Made by a program: the position numbers and the translations under genes
Shown here: positions 23,801 through 37,900 of the stretch, one piece after another
Layout of the letters: every line of letters starts with the position of its first letter
Position numbering within the stretch: the first letter of the stretch is position 1
Source: Paragordius varius
Taxonomy: Eukaryota > Animalia > Nematomorpha
Reading direction: 5' to 3'
NCBI GenBank assembly: GCA_964247055.1
Contig: OZ176053.1
Coordinates: forward strand, 13,578,001 to 13,642,000
DNA: 64,000 nt
The notes under the pieces: generated by a model
What the model saw: only the letters and a program-made list of their open reading frames with translations
Told to the model about the DNA's origin: nothing
Databases searched by the model: none

Positions 23801-26800
23801 GAGTTTGTCAAATTATCTCTATTATTTGATGTAGTCTTTCTAAGAGAATGTATAAAAAATTATTTTGTTCACCGGTGACCAATATCCGATTTTTAAGGAG
23901 AAAGTTTAACTTGAGTATTGATGCGACTGGTTTAATACCATAATTTTTAAAGTATCGTTGTAAAAATCAGATATGAAAGAGTTTGTCAAACTATCTCTAT
24001 ATTTTGATGTAGTCTTACTAAGAGAATGTATAAAAAATTATTTTGTTCACCGGTGAACAATATTCGATTTTTAAGGACAAAGTTTAACTTGAGTATTGAT
24101 GCGACTTATTGATACGACTAGTTTTATACATTAATTTATAAAGTATCGTTGTAAAAATCGGATATGAAAGAGTTTGTCAAACTATCTCTATTATTTGATG
24201 TAGTCTTGCTAAGAGAATGTATAAAAAATAATTTTGTTCACCGGTGACCAATATCCGATTTTTAAGGACAAAGTTTAACTTGAATATTGATGCGACTAGT
24301 TTAGTACATTAATTTTTAAAGTATCGTTGTAAAAATCGGATATGAAAGAGTTTGTCCAACTATCTCTATATTTTGATGTAGTCTTACTAAGAGAATGTAT
24401 AAAAAATTATTTTGTTCACCGGGGACCAATATCCGATTTTTAAGGACAAAGTTTAACTTGAGTATTGATGCGACTTATTGATACGACTAGTTTTATACAT
24501 AAATTTATAAAGTATCGTTGTAAAAATCGGATATGAAACAGTTTGTCAAACTATCTCTATTATTTGATGTAGTCTTACTAAGAGAATGTATAAAAAATTA
24601 TTTTGTTCACCGGTGACCAATATCCGATTTTTAAGGACAAAGTTTAACTTGAATATTGATGCGACTGGTTTAATACATTAATTTTTAAAGTATCGTTGTA
24701 AAAATCGGATATGAAAGAGTTTGTCAAACTATCTCTATATTTTGATGTAGTCTTACTAAGAGAATGTATAAAAAGTAATTTTGTTCACCGGTGACCAATA
24801 TCCGATTTTTAAGGACAAAGTTTAACTTGAGTATTGATGCGACTGGTTTAATACCATAATTTTTAAAGTATCGTTGTACAATCCGGATATGAAAGAGTTT
24901 GTCAAACTATCTCTATATTTTGATGTAGTCTTACTAAGAGAATGTATAAAAAATTATTTTGTTCACCGGTGACCAATATCCGATTTTTAAGGACAAAGTT
25001 TAACTTGAGTATTGATGCGACTTATTGATACGATTAGTTTTATACATTAATATATATAATGTATTGTTGTAATAATCGGATATGAAAGAGTTTGTCAAAC
25101 TATCTCTATTATTTGATGTAGTCTTGCTAAGAGAATGTATAAAAAATTATTTTGTTTACCGATGACCAATATCCGATTTTTAAGGACAAAGTTTAACTTG
25201 AGTATTGATGCGACTAGTTTAATACATTAATTTTTAAAGTATCGTTGTACAATCCGGATAGGAAAGAGTTTGCCAAACTATCTCTATATTTTGATGTAGT
25301 CCTACTAAGAGAATGTATAAAAAATAATTTTGTTCACCGGTGACCAATATCCGATTTTTAAGGACAAAGTTTAACTTGAGTATTGATACGATTTATTGAT
25401 ACGACTAGTTTTATACATTAATTTTTAAAGTATCGTTGTAAAAATCGGATATGAAAGAGTTTGTCAAACTATCTCTATATTTTGATGTAGTCTTACTAAG
25501 AGAATGTATAAAAAATAATTTTGTTCACCGGTGACCAATATCCGATTTTTAAGGACAAAGTTTAACTTGAGTATTGACGCGACTAGTTTAACACATTAAT
25601 TTTTAAAGTATTGTTGTAAAAATCGGATATGGAAAGAGTTTGTCAAACTATCTCTATATTTTGATGTAGTCTTACTAAGAGAATGTATAAAAAATTATTT
25701 TGTTCACCGGTGACCAATATCCGATTTTTAAGGACAAAGTTTAACTTGAGTATTAATGCGACTAGTTTAACACATTAATTTTTAAAGTATCGTTGTAAAA
25801 ATCGGATATGAAAGAGTTTGTCAAAATATCTCTATATTTTGATGTAGTCTTACTAAGAGAATGTATAAAAAATAATTTTGTTCACCGGTGACCAATATCC
25901 GATTTTTAAGGACAAAGTTTAACTTGACTATTGATGCGACTGGTTATACCATAATTTTTAAAGTATCGTTGTAAAAATCGGATATGAAAGAGTTTGTCAA
26001 ACTATCTCTATATTTTGATGTAGTCTTACTAAGAGAATGTATAAAAAATTATTTTGTTCACCGGTGACCAATATCCGATTTTTAAGGACAAAGTTTAACT
26101 TGAGTATTGATGCGACTTATTGATACGATTAGTTTTATACATTAATATATAAAGTATTGTTGTAATAATCGGATATGAAAGAGTTTGTCAAACTATCTCT
26201 ATTATTTGATGTAGTCTTGCTAAGAGAATGTATAAAAAATTATTTTGTTCACCGATGACCAATATCCGATTTTTAAGGACAAAGTTTAACTTGAGTATTG
26301 ATGCGACTAGTTTAATACATTAATTTTTAAAGTATCGTTGTACAATCCGGATAGGAAAGAGTTTGCCAAACTATCTCTATATTTTAATGTAGTCCTACTA
26401 AGAGAATGTATAAAAAATAATTTTGTTCACCGGTGACCAATATCCGATTTTTAAGGACAAAGTTTAACTTGAGTATTGATACGATTTATTGATACGACTA
26501 GTTTTATACATTAATTTTTAAAGTATCGTTGTAAAAATCGGATATGAAAGAGTTTGTCAAACTATCTCTATATTTTAATGTAGTCTTACTAAGAGAATGT
26601 ATAAAAAATAATTTTGTTCACCGGTGACCAATATCCGATTTTTAAGGACAAAGTTTAACTTGAGTATGCGACTAGTTTAACACATTAATTTTTAAAGTAT
26701 CGTTGTAAAATTCGGATATGGAAAGAGTTTGTCAAACTATCTCTATATTTTGATGTAGTCTTACTAAGAGAATGTATAAAAAATTATTTTGTTCACCGGT

Positions 26801-28000
26801 GACCAATATCCGATTTTTAAGGACAAAGTTTAACTTGAGTATTAATGCGACTAGATTAACACATTAATTTTTAAAGTATCGTTGTAAAAATCGGATATGA
26901 AAGAGTTTGTCAAAATATCTCTATATTTTGATGTAGTCTTACTAAGAGAATGTATAAAAAATAATTTTGTTCACCGGTGACCAATATCCGATTTTTAAGG
27001 ACAAAGTTTAACTTGAGTATTGATGCGACTGGTTATACCATAATTTTTAAAGTATCGTTGTAAAATTCGGATATGAAAGAGTTTGTCAAACTATCTCTAT
27101 AATTTGATGTAGTCTTACTAAGAGAATGTATAAAAGATTATTTTGTTCACCGGTAACCAATATCCGATTTTTAAGGACAAAGTTTAACTTGAGTATTGAT
27201 GCGACTTATTGATACGACTAGTTTTATACATTAATTTATAAAGTATCGTTGTAAAAATCGGATATGAAAGAGTTTGTCAAACTATCTCTATTATTTGATG
27301 TAGTCTTGCTAAGAGAATGTATAAAAAATTATTTTGTTTACCGGTGACCAATATCCGATTTTTAAGGACAAAGTTTAACTTGAGTATTGATGCGACTAGT
27401 TTAATACATTAATTTTTAAAGTATCGTTGTAAAAATCGGATATGAAAGAGTTTGTCAAACTATCTTTATATTTTGATGTAGTCTTACTAAGAGAATGTAT
27501 AAAAAATTATTTTGTTCACCGGGGACCAATATCCGATTTTTAAGGATAAGTTTAACTTGAGTATTGATGCGACTTATTGATACGACTAGTTTTATACATT
27601 AATTTATAAAGTATCGTTGTAAAAATCGGATATGAAAGAGTTTGTCAAACTATCTCTATTATTTGATGTAGTCTTACTAAGAGAATGTATAAAAAATAAT
27701 TTTGTTCACCGGTGACCAATATCCGATTTTTAAGGACAAAGTTTAACTTGAGTATTGATGCGACTAGTTTAATACATTAATTTTTAAAGTATCGTTGTAA
27801 AAATCGGATATGAAAGAGTTTGTCAAACTATCTCTATATTTTGATGTAGTCTTACTAAGAGAATGTATAAAAAATTATTTGGTTCACCGGGGACCAATAT
27901 CCGATTTTTAAGGACAAAGTTTAACTTGAGTAATCATGCGACTAGTTTAATACATTAATTTTTAAAGTATCGTTGTAAAAATCGGATATGGAAAGAGTTT
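20900..28000 (-). repeat. ~2-kb block duplicated at offset 5103 bp (~20900-22900 and ~26000-28000)
   Basis: TACGATTAG 21021/26124, GTATGCG 21561/26664, AGATTAAC 21751/26854, GGATAAG 22441/27544, TTTGGTTC 22778/27881. Confidence 0.93.
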
Positions 28001-30399
28001 GTCAAACTATCTCTATATTTTGATGTAGTCTTACTTAAATGTATAAAAAATTATTTTGTTCACCGGTGACCAATATCCGATTTTTAAGGACAAAGTTTAA
28101 CTTGAATATTGATGCGACTAGTTTAATACATTAATTTTTAATCGGATATGAAAGAGTTTGTCAAACTATCTCTATATTTTGATGTAGTCTTACTAAGAGA
28201 ATGTATAAAAAATAATTTTGTTCGGTGACCAATATCCGATTTTTAAGGACAAAGTTTAACTTGAGTATTGATGCGACTAGTTTAACACATTAATTTTTAA
28301 AGTATCGTTGTAAAAATCGGATATGGAAAGAGTTTGTCAAACTATCTCTATATTTTGATGTAGTCTTACTAAGAGAATGTATAAAAAATTATTTTGTTCA
28401 CCGGTGACCAATATCCGATTTTTAAGGACAAAGTTTAACTTGAGTATTAATGCGACTAGTTTAACACATTAATTTTTAAAGTATCGTTGTAAAAATCGGA
28501 TATGAAAGAGTTTGTCAAAATATCTCTATATTTTGATGTAGTCTTACCAAGAGAATGTATAAAAAATAATTTTGTTCACCGGTGACCAATATCCGATTTT
28601 TAAGGACAAAGTTTAACTTGAGTATTGATGCGACTGGTTATACCATAATTTTTAAAGTATCATTGTAAAAATCGGATATGAAAGAGTTTGTCAAACTATC
28701 TCTATAATTTGATGTAGTCTTACTAAGAGAATGTATAAAAGATTATTTTGTTCACCGGTGACCAATATCCGATTTTTAAGGACAAAGTTTAACTTGAATA
28801 TTGATGCGACTAGTTTAATACATTAATTTTTAATCGGATATGAAAGAGTTTGTCAAACTATCTCTATATTTTAATGTAGTCTTACTAAGAGAATGTATAA
28901 AAAATAATTTTGTTCGGTGACCAATATCCGATTTTTAAGGACAAAGTTTAACTTGAGTATTGATACGACTAGTTTTATACATTAATTTATAAAGTATCGT
29001 TGTAAAAATCGGATATGAAAGAGTTTGTCAAACTATCTCTATTATTTGATGTAGTCTTGCTAAGAGAATGTATAAAAAATTATTTTGTTCACCGTGACCA
29101 ATATCCGATTTTTAAGGACAAAGTTTAATTTGAATATTGATGCGACTAGTTTAATACATTAATTTTTAAAGTATCGTTGTAAAAATCGGATATGAAAGAG
29201 TTTGTCAAACTATCTCTATATTTTGATGTAGTCTTACTAAGAGAATGTATAAAAAATTATTTTGTTCACCGGGGACCAATATCCGATTTTTAAGGACAAA
29301 GTTTAACTTGAGTATTAATGCGACTAGTTTAACACATTAATTTTTAAAGTATCGTTGTAAAAATCGGATATGAAAGAGTTTGTCAAAATATCTCTATATT
29401 TTGATGTAGTCTTACTAAGAGAATGTATAAAAAATAATTTTGTTCACCGGTGACCAATATCCGATTTTTAAGGACAAAGTTTAACTTGAGTATTGATGCG
29501 ACTGGTTAAATCATAATTTTTAAAGTATCGTTGTAAAAATCGGATATGAAAGAGTTTGTCAAACTATCTCTATAATTTGATGTAGTCTTACTAAGAGAAT
29601 GTATAAAAGATTATTTTGTTCACTGGTAACCAATATCCGATTTTTAAGGACAAAGTTTAACTTGAGTATTGATGCGACTTATTGATACGACTAGTTTTAT
29701 ACATTAATTTATAAAGTATTGTTATAATAATCGGATATGAAAGAGTTCGTCAAACTATCTCTATATTTTAATGTAGTCTTGCTAAGAGAATGTATAAAAA
29801 ATAACTTTGTTCACCGGTGACCAATATACGATTTTTAAGGACAAAGTTTAACTTGAATATTGATGCGACTAGTTTAATACATTAATTTTTAAAGTATAGT
29901 TGTAAAAATCGGATATGAAAGAGTTTGTCAAACTATCTCTATATTTTGATGTAGTCTTACTAAGAGAATGTATAAAAAATAATTTTGTTCACCGGTGACC
30001 AATATCCGATTTTTAAGGACAAAGTTTAACTTGAGTATTGATACGATTAATTGATACGACTAGTTTTATACATTAATTTTTAAAGTATCGTTGTAAAAAT
30101 CGGATATGAAAGAGTGTCAAACTATCTCTATATTTTGATGTAGTCTTACTAAGAGAATGTATAAAAAATAATTTTGTTCACCAGTGACCAATATCCGATT
30201 TTTAAGGACAAAGTTTAACTTGAGTATTGATGCGACTAGTTTAACACATTAATTTTTAAAGTATCGTTGTAAAAATCGGATATGAAAGAGTGTCAAACTA
30301 TCTCTATATTTTGATGTAGTCTTACTAAGAGAATGTATAAAAAATAATTTTGTTCACCGGTGACCAATATCCGATTTTTAAGGACAAAGTTTAACTTGA

Positions 30400-33300
30400 G
30401 TATTGATACGATTAATTGATGCGACTAGTTTAATACATTAATTTATAAAGTATCGTTGTAAAAATCGGATATGAAAGAGTTTGTCAAAATATCTCTATTA
30501 TTTGATGTAGTCTTACTAAGAGAATGTATAAAAAATAATTTTGTTCACCGGTGACCAATATCCGATTTTTAAGGACAAAGTTTAACTTGAGTTTTGATGC
30601 GACTGGTTTAATACCATAATTTTTAAAGTATCGTTGTACAATCCGGATATGAAAGAGTTTGTCAAACTATCTTTATATTTTGATGTAGTCTTACTAAGAA
30701 AATGTATAAAAAACTATTTTGTTCACCGGTCACCAATATCCGATTTTTAAGGACAAAGTTTAACTTGAGTATTGATGCGACTAGTTTAATACATTAATTT
30801 TTAAAGTATCGTTGTAAAAATCGGATATGGAAAGAGTTTGTCAAACTATCTCTATATTTTGATGTAGTCTTACTAAGAAAATGTATAAAAAATTATTTTG
30901 TTCACCGGTGACCAATATCCGATTTTTAAGGACAAAGTTTAACTTGAGTATTGATGCGACTAGTTTAATACATTAATTTTTAAAGTATCGTTGTAAAAAT
31001 CGGATATGGAAAGAGTTTGTCAAACTATCTCTATATTTTGATGTAGTCTTACTAAGAGAATGTATAAAAAAATATTTTGTTCACCGGGGACCAATATCCG
31101 ATTTTTAAGGACAAAGTTTAACTTGAGTATTGATGCGACTTATTGATACGATTAGTTTTATACATTAATTTATAAAGTATTGTTGTAATAATCGGATATG
31201 AAAGAGTTCGTCAAACTATCTCTATATTTTAATGTAGTCTTACTAAGAGAATGTATAAAAAATAATTTTGTTCACCGGTGACCAATATCCGATTTTTAAG
31301 GACAAAGTTTAACTTGAGTATTGATACGATTAATTGATACGACTAGTTTTATACATTAATTTTTAAAGTATCGTTGTAAAAATCGGATATGAAAGAGTGT
31401 CAAACTATCTCTATATTTTGATGTAGTCTTACTAAGAGAATGTATAAAAAATAATTTTGTTCACCAGTGACCAATATCCGATTTTTAAGGACAAAGTTTA
31501 ACTTGAGTATTGATGCGACTAGTTTAACACATTAATTTTTAAAGTATCGTTGTAAAAATCGGTGTTGAAAGAGTTTGTCAAACTATCTCTATATTTTGAT
31601 GTAGTCTTACTAAGAGAATGTATAAAAAATAATTTTGTTCACCGGTGACCAATATCCGATTTTTAAGGACAAAGTTTAACTTGAGTATTGATACGATTTA
31701 TTGATACGACTAGTTTTATACATTAATTTTTAAAGTATCGTTGTAAAAATCGGATATGAAAGAGTTTGTCAAACTATCTCTATAATTTGATGTAGTCTTA
31801 CTAAGAGAATGTATAAAAGATTATTTTGTTCACCGGTGACCAATATCCGATTTTTAAGGACAAAGTTTAACTTGAGTATTGATGCGACTTATTGATAATA
31901 CTAGTTTTATACATTAATTTATAAAGTATCGTTGTAAAAATCGGATATGAAAGAGTTTGTCAAACTATCTCTATTATTTGATGTAGTCTTGCTAAGAGAA
32001 TGTATAAAAAATTATTTTGTTCACCGGTGACCAATATCCGATTTTTAAGGACAAAGTTTAACTTGAGTATTGATGCGACTAGTTTAATACATTAATTTTT
32101 AAAGTATCGTTGTAAAAATCGGATATGAAAGAGTTTGTCAAACTATCTCTATATTTTGATGTAGTCTTACTAAGAGAATGTATAAAAAATTATTTTGTTC
32201 ACCGGGGACCAATATCCGATTTTTAAGGATAAGTTTAACTTGAGTATTGATGCGACTTATTGATACGACTAGTTTTATACATTAATTTATAAAGTATCGT
32301 TGTAAAAATCGGATATGAAAGAGTTTGTCAAAATATCTCTATTATTTGATGTAGTCTTACTAAGAGAATGTATAAAAAATAATTTTGTTCACCGGTGACC
32401 AATATCCGATTTTTAAGGACAAAGTTTAACTTGAGTTTTGATGCGACTGGTTTAATACCATAATTTTTAAAGTATCGTTGTACAATCCGGATATGAAAGA
32501 GTTTGTCAAACTATCTTTATATTTTGATGTAGTCTTACTAAGAAAATGTATAAAAAACTATTTTGTTCACCGGTGACCAATATCCGATTTTTAAGGACAA
32601 AGTTTAACTTGAGTATTGATGCGACTAGTTTAATACATTAATTTTTAAAGTATCGTTGTAAAAATCGGATATGGAAAGAGTTTGTCAAACTATCTCTATA
32701 TTTTGATGTAGTCTTACTAAGAAAATGTATAAAAAATTATTTTGTTCACCGGTGACCAATATCCGATTTTTAAGGACAAAGTTTAACTTGAGTATTGATG
32801 CGACTAGTTTAATACATTAATTTTTAAAGTATCGTTGTAAAAATCGGATATGGAAAGAGTTTGTCAAACTATCTCTATATTTTGATGTAGTCTTACTAAG
32901 AGAATGTATAAAAAAATATTTTGTTCACCGGGGACCAATATCCGATTTTTAAGGACAAAGTTTAACTTGAGTATTGATGCGACTTATTGATACGATTAGT
33001 TTTATACATTAATTTATAAAGTATTGTTGTAATAATCGGATATGAAAGAGTTCGTCAAACTATCTCTATATTTTAATGTAGTCTTGCTAAGAGAATGTAT
33101 AAAAAATAACTTTGTTCACCGGTGACCAATATACGATTTTTAAGGACAAAGTTTAACTTGAACATTGATGCGACTAGTTTAATACATTAATTTTTAAAGT
33201 ATAGTTGTAAAAATCGGATATGAAAGAGTTTGTCAAACTATCTCTATATTTTGATGTAGTCTTACTAAGAGAATGTATAAAAAATTATTTTGTTCACCGG

Positions 33301-36300
33301 TGACCAATATCCGATTTTTAAGGACAAAGTTTAACTTGAGTATTGATGCGACTAGTTTAATACATTAATTTTTAAAGTATCGTTGTAAAAATCGGTGTTG
33401 AAAGAGTTTGTCAAACTATCTCTATATTTTGATGTAGTCTTACTAAGAGAATGTATAAAAAATAATTTTGTTCACCGGTGACCAATATCCGATTTTTAAG
33501 GACAAAGTTTAACTTGAGTATTGATACGATTTATTGATACGACTAGTTTTATACATTAATTTTTAAAGTATCGTTGTAAAAATCGGATATGAAAGAGTTT
33601 GTCAAACTATCTCTATAATTTGATGTAGTCTTACTAAGAGAATGTATAAAAGATTATTTTGTTCACCGGTGACCAATATCCGATTTTTAAGGACAAAGTT
33701 TAACTTGAGTATTGATGCGACTTATTGATAATACTAGTTTTATACATTAATTTATAAAGTATCGTTGTAAAAATCGGATATGAAAGAGTTTGTCAAACTA
33801 TCTCTATTATTTGATGTAGTCTTGCTAAGAGAATGTATAAAAAATTATTTTGTTCACCGGTGACCAATATCCGATTTTTAAGGACAAAGTTTAACTTGAG
33901 TATTGATGCGACTAGTTTAATACATTAATTTTTAAAGTATCGTTGTAAAAATCGGATATGAAAGAGTTTGTCAAACTATCTCTATATTTTGATGTAGTCT
34001 TACTAAGAGAATGTATAAAAAATTATTTTGTTCACCGGGGACCAATATCCGATTTTTAAGGATAAGTTTAACTTGAGTATTGATGCGACTTATTGATACG
34101 ACTAGTTTTATACATTAATTTATAAAGTATCGTTGTAAAAATCGCATATGAAAGAGTTTGTCAAAATATCTCTATTATTTGATGTAGTCTTACTAAGAGA
34201 ATGTATAAAAAATAATTTTGTTCACCGGTGACCAATATCCGATTTTTAAGGACAAAGTTTAACTTGAGTTTTGATGCGACTGGTTTAATACCATAATTTT
34301 TAAAGTATCGTTGTACAATCCGGATATGAAAGAGTTTGTCAAACTATCTTTATATTTTGATGTAGTCTTACTAAGAAAATGTATAAAAAACTATTTTGTT
34401 CACCGGTGACCAATATCCGATTTTTAAGGACAAAGTTTAACTTGAGTATTGATGCGACTAGTTTAATACATTAATTTTTAAAGTATCGTTGTAAAAATCG
34501 GATATGGAAAGAGTTTGTCAAACTATCTCTATATTTTGATGTAGTCTTACTAAGAAAATGTATAAAAAATTATTTTGTTCACCGGTGACCAATATCCGAT
34601 TTTTAAGGACAAAGTTTAACTTGAGTATTGATGCGACTAGTTTAATACATTAATTTTTAAAGTATCGTTGTAAAAATCGGATATGGAAAGAGTTTGTCAA
34701 ACTATCTCTATATTTTGATGTAGTCTTACTAAGAGAATGTATAAAAAAATATTTTGTTCACCGGGGACCAATATCCGATTTTTAAGGACAAAGTTTAACT
34801 TGAGTATTGATGCGACTTATTGATACGATTAGTTTTATACATTAATTTATAAAGTATTGTTGTAATAATCGGATATGAAAGAGTTCGTCAAACTATCTCT
34901 ATATTTTAATGTAGTCTTGCTAAGAGAATGTATAAAAAATAACTTTGTTCACCGGTGACCAATATACGATTTTTAAGGACAAAGTTTAACTTGAACATTG
35001 ATGCGACTAGTTTAATACATTAATTTTTAAAGTATAGTTGTAAAAATCGGATATGAAAGAGTTTGTCAAACTATCTCTATATTTTGATGTAGTCTTACTA
35101 AGAGAATGTATAAAAAATAATTTTGTTCACCGGTGACCAATATCCGATTTTTAAGGACAAAGTTTAACTTGAGTATTGATACGATTAATTGATACGACTA
35201 GTTTTATACATTAATTTTTAAAGTATCGTTGTAAAAATCGGATATGAAAGAGTGTCAAACTATCTCTATATTTTGATGTAGTCTTACTAAGAGAATGTAT
35301 AAAAAATAATTTTGTTCACCAGTGACCAATATCCGATTTTTAAGGACAAAGTTTAACTTGAGTATTGATGCGACTAGTTTAACACATTAATTTTTAAAGT
35401 ATCGTTGTAAAAATCGGTGTTGAAAGAGTTTGTCAAACTATCTCTATATTTTGATGTAGTCTTACTAAGAGAATGTATAAAAAATAATTTTGTTCACCGG
35501 TGACCAATATCCGATTTTTAAGGACAAAGTTTAACTTGAGTATTGATAGGATTTATTGATACGACTAGTTTTATACATTAATTTTTAAAGTATCGTTGTA
35601 AAAATCGGATATGAAAGAGTTTGTCAAACTATCTCTATAATTTGATGTAGTCTTACTAAGAGAATGTATAAAAGATTATTTTGTTCACCGGTGACCAATA
35701 TCCGATTTTTAAGGACAAAGTTTAACTTGAGTATTGATGCGACTTATTGATACGACTAGTTTTATACATTAATTTATAAAGTATCGTTGTAAAAATCGGA
35801 TATGAAAGAGTTTGTAAAACTATCTCTATTATTTGATGTAGTCTTGCTAAGAGAATGTATAAAAAATTATTTTGTTCACCGGTGACCAATATCCGATTTT
35901 TAAGGACAAAGTTTAACTTGAGTATTGATGCGACTAGTTTAATACATTAATTTTTAAAGTATCGTTGTAAAAATCGGATATGAAAGAGTTTGTCAAACTA
36001 TCTCTATATTTTGATGTAGTCTTACTAAGAGAATGTATAAAAAATTATTTTGTTCACCGGGGACCAATATCCGATTTTTAAGGATAAGTTTAACTTGAGT
36101 ATTGATGCGACTTATTGATACGACTAGTTTTATACATTAATTTATAAAGTATCGTTGTAAAAATCGGATATGAAAGAGTTTGTCAAAATATCTCTATTAT
36201 TTGATGTAGTCTTACTAAGAGAATGTATAAAAAATAATTTTGTTCACCGGTGACCAATATCCGATTTTTAAGGACAAAGTTTAACTTGAGTTTTGATGCG

Positions 36301-37900
36301 ACTGGTTTAATACCATAATTTTTAAAGTATCGTTGTACAATCCGGATATGAAAGAGTTTGTCAAACTATCTTTATATTTTGATGTAGTCTTACTAAGAAA
36401 ATGTATAAAAAACTATTTTGTTCACCGGTGACCAATATCCGATTTTTAAGGACAAAGTTTAACTTGAGTATTGATGCGACTAGTTTAATACATTAATTTT
36501 TAAAGTATCGTTGTAAAAATCGGATATGGAAAGAGTTTGTCAAACTATCTCTATATTTTGATGTAGTCTTACTAAGAAAATGTATAAAAAATTATTTTGT
36601 TCACCGGTGACCAATATCCGATTTTTAAGGACAAAGTTTAACTTGAGTATTGATGCGACTAGTTTAATACATTAATTTTTAAAGTATCGTTGTAAAAATC
36701 GGATATGGAAAGAGTTTGTCAAACTATCTCTATATTTTGATGTAGTCTTACTAAGAAAATGTATAAAAAATTATTTTGTTCACCGGTGACCAATATCCGA
36801 TTTTTAAGGACAAAGTTTAACTTGAATATTGATGCGACTAGTTTAATACATTAATTTTTAAAGTATCGTTGTAAAAATCGGATATGGAAAGAGTTTGTCA
36901 AACTATCTCTATATTTTGATGTAGTCTTACTAAGAGAATGTATAAAAAAATATTTTGTTCACCGGGGACCAATATCCGAGTTTTAAGGACAAAGTTTAAC
37001 TTGAGTATTGATACGATTAATTGATACGACTAGTTTTATACATTAATTTTTAAAGTATCGTTGTAAAAATCGGATATGGAAAGAGTTTGTCAAACTATCT
37101 CTATATTTTGATGTAGTCTTACTAAGAAAATGTATAAAAAATTATTTTGTTCACCGGTGACCAATATCCGATTTTTAAGGACAAAGTTTAACTTGAGTAT
37201 TGATGCGACTAGTTTAATACATTAATTTTTAAAGTATCGTTGTAAAAATCGGATATGGAAAGAGTTTGTCAAACTATCTCTATATTTTGATGTAGTCTTA
37301 CTAAGAAAATGTATAAAAAATTATTTTGTTCACCGGTGACCAATATCCGATTTTTAAGGACAAAGTTTAACTTGAGTATTGATGCGACTAGTTTAATACA
37401 TTAATTTTTAAAGTATCGTTGTAAAAATCGGATATGGAAAGAGTTTGTCAAACTATCTCTATATTTTGATTTAGTCTTACTAAGAAAATGTATAAAAAAT
37501 TATTTTGTTCACCGGTGACCAATATCCGATTTTTAAGGACAAAGTTTAACTTGAGTATTGATGCGACTAGTTTAATACATTAATTTTTAAAGTATCGTTG
37601 TAAAAATCGGATATGGAAAGAGTTTGTCAAACTATCTCTATATTTTGATGTAGTCTTACTAAGAGAATGTATAAAAAAATATTTTGTTCACCGGGGACCA
37701 ATATCCGATTTTTAAGGACAAAGTTTAACTTGAGTATTGATGCGACTTATTGATACGATTAGTTTTATACCATAATTTATAAAGTATTGTTGTAATAATC
37801 GGATATGAAAGAGTTCGTCAAACTATCTCTATATTTTAATGTAGTCTTGCTAAGAGAATGTATAAAAAATAACTTTGTTCACCGGTGACCAATATCCGAT
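30400..37900 (-). repeat. HOR-like domain with about four related 10-11-monomer units (periods 1844, 1833, 2022 bp)
   Basis: GAGTTTTGATGCG at 30591, 32435, 34268, 36290; GGATAAG at 32227, 34060, 36082. Confidence 0.88.
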
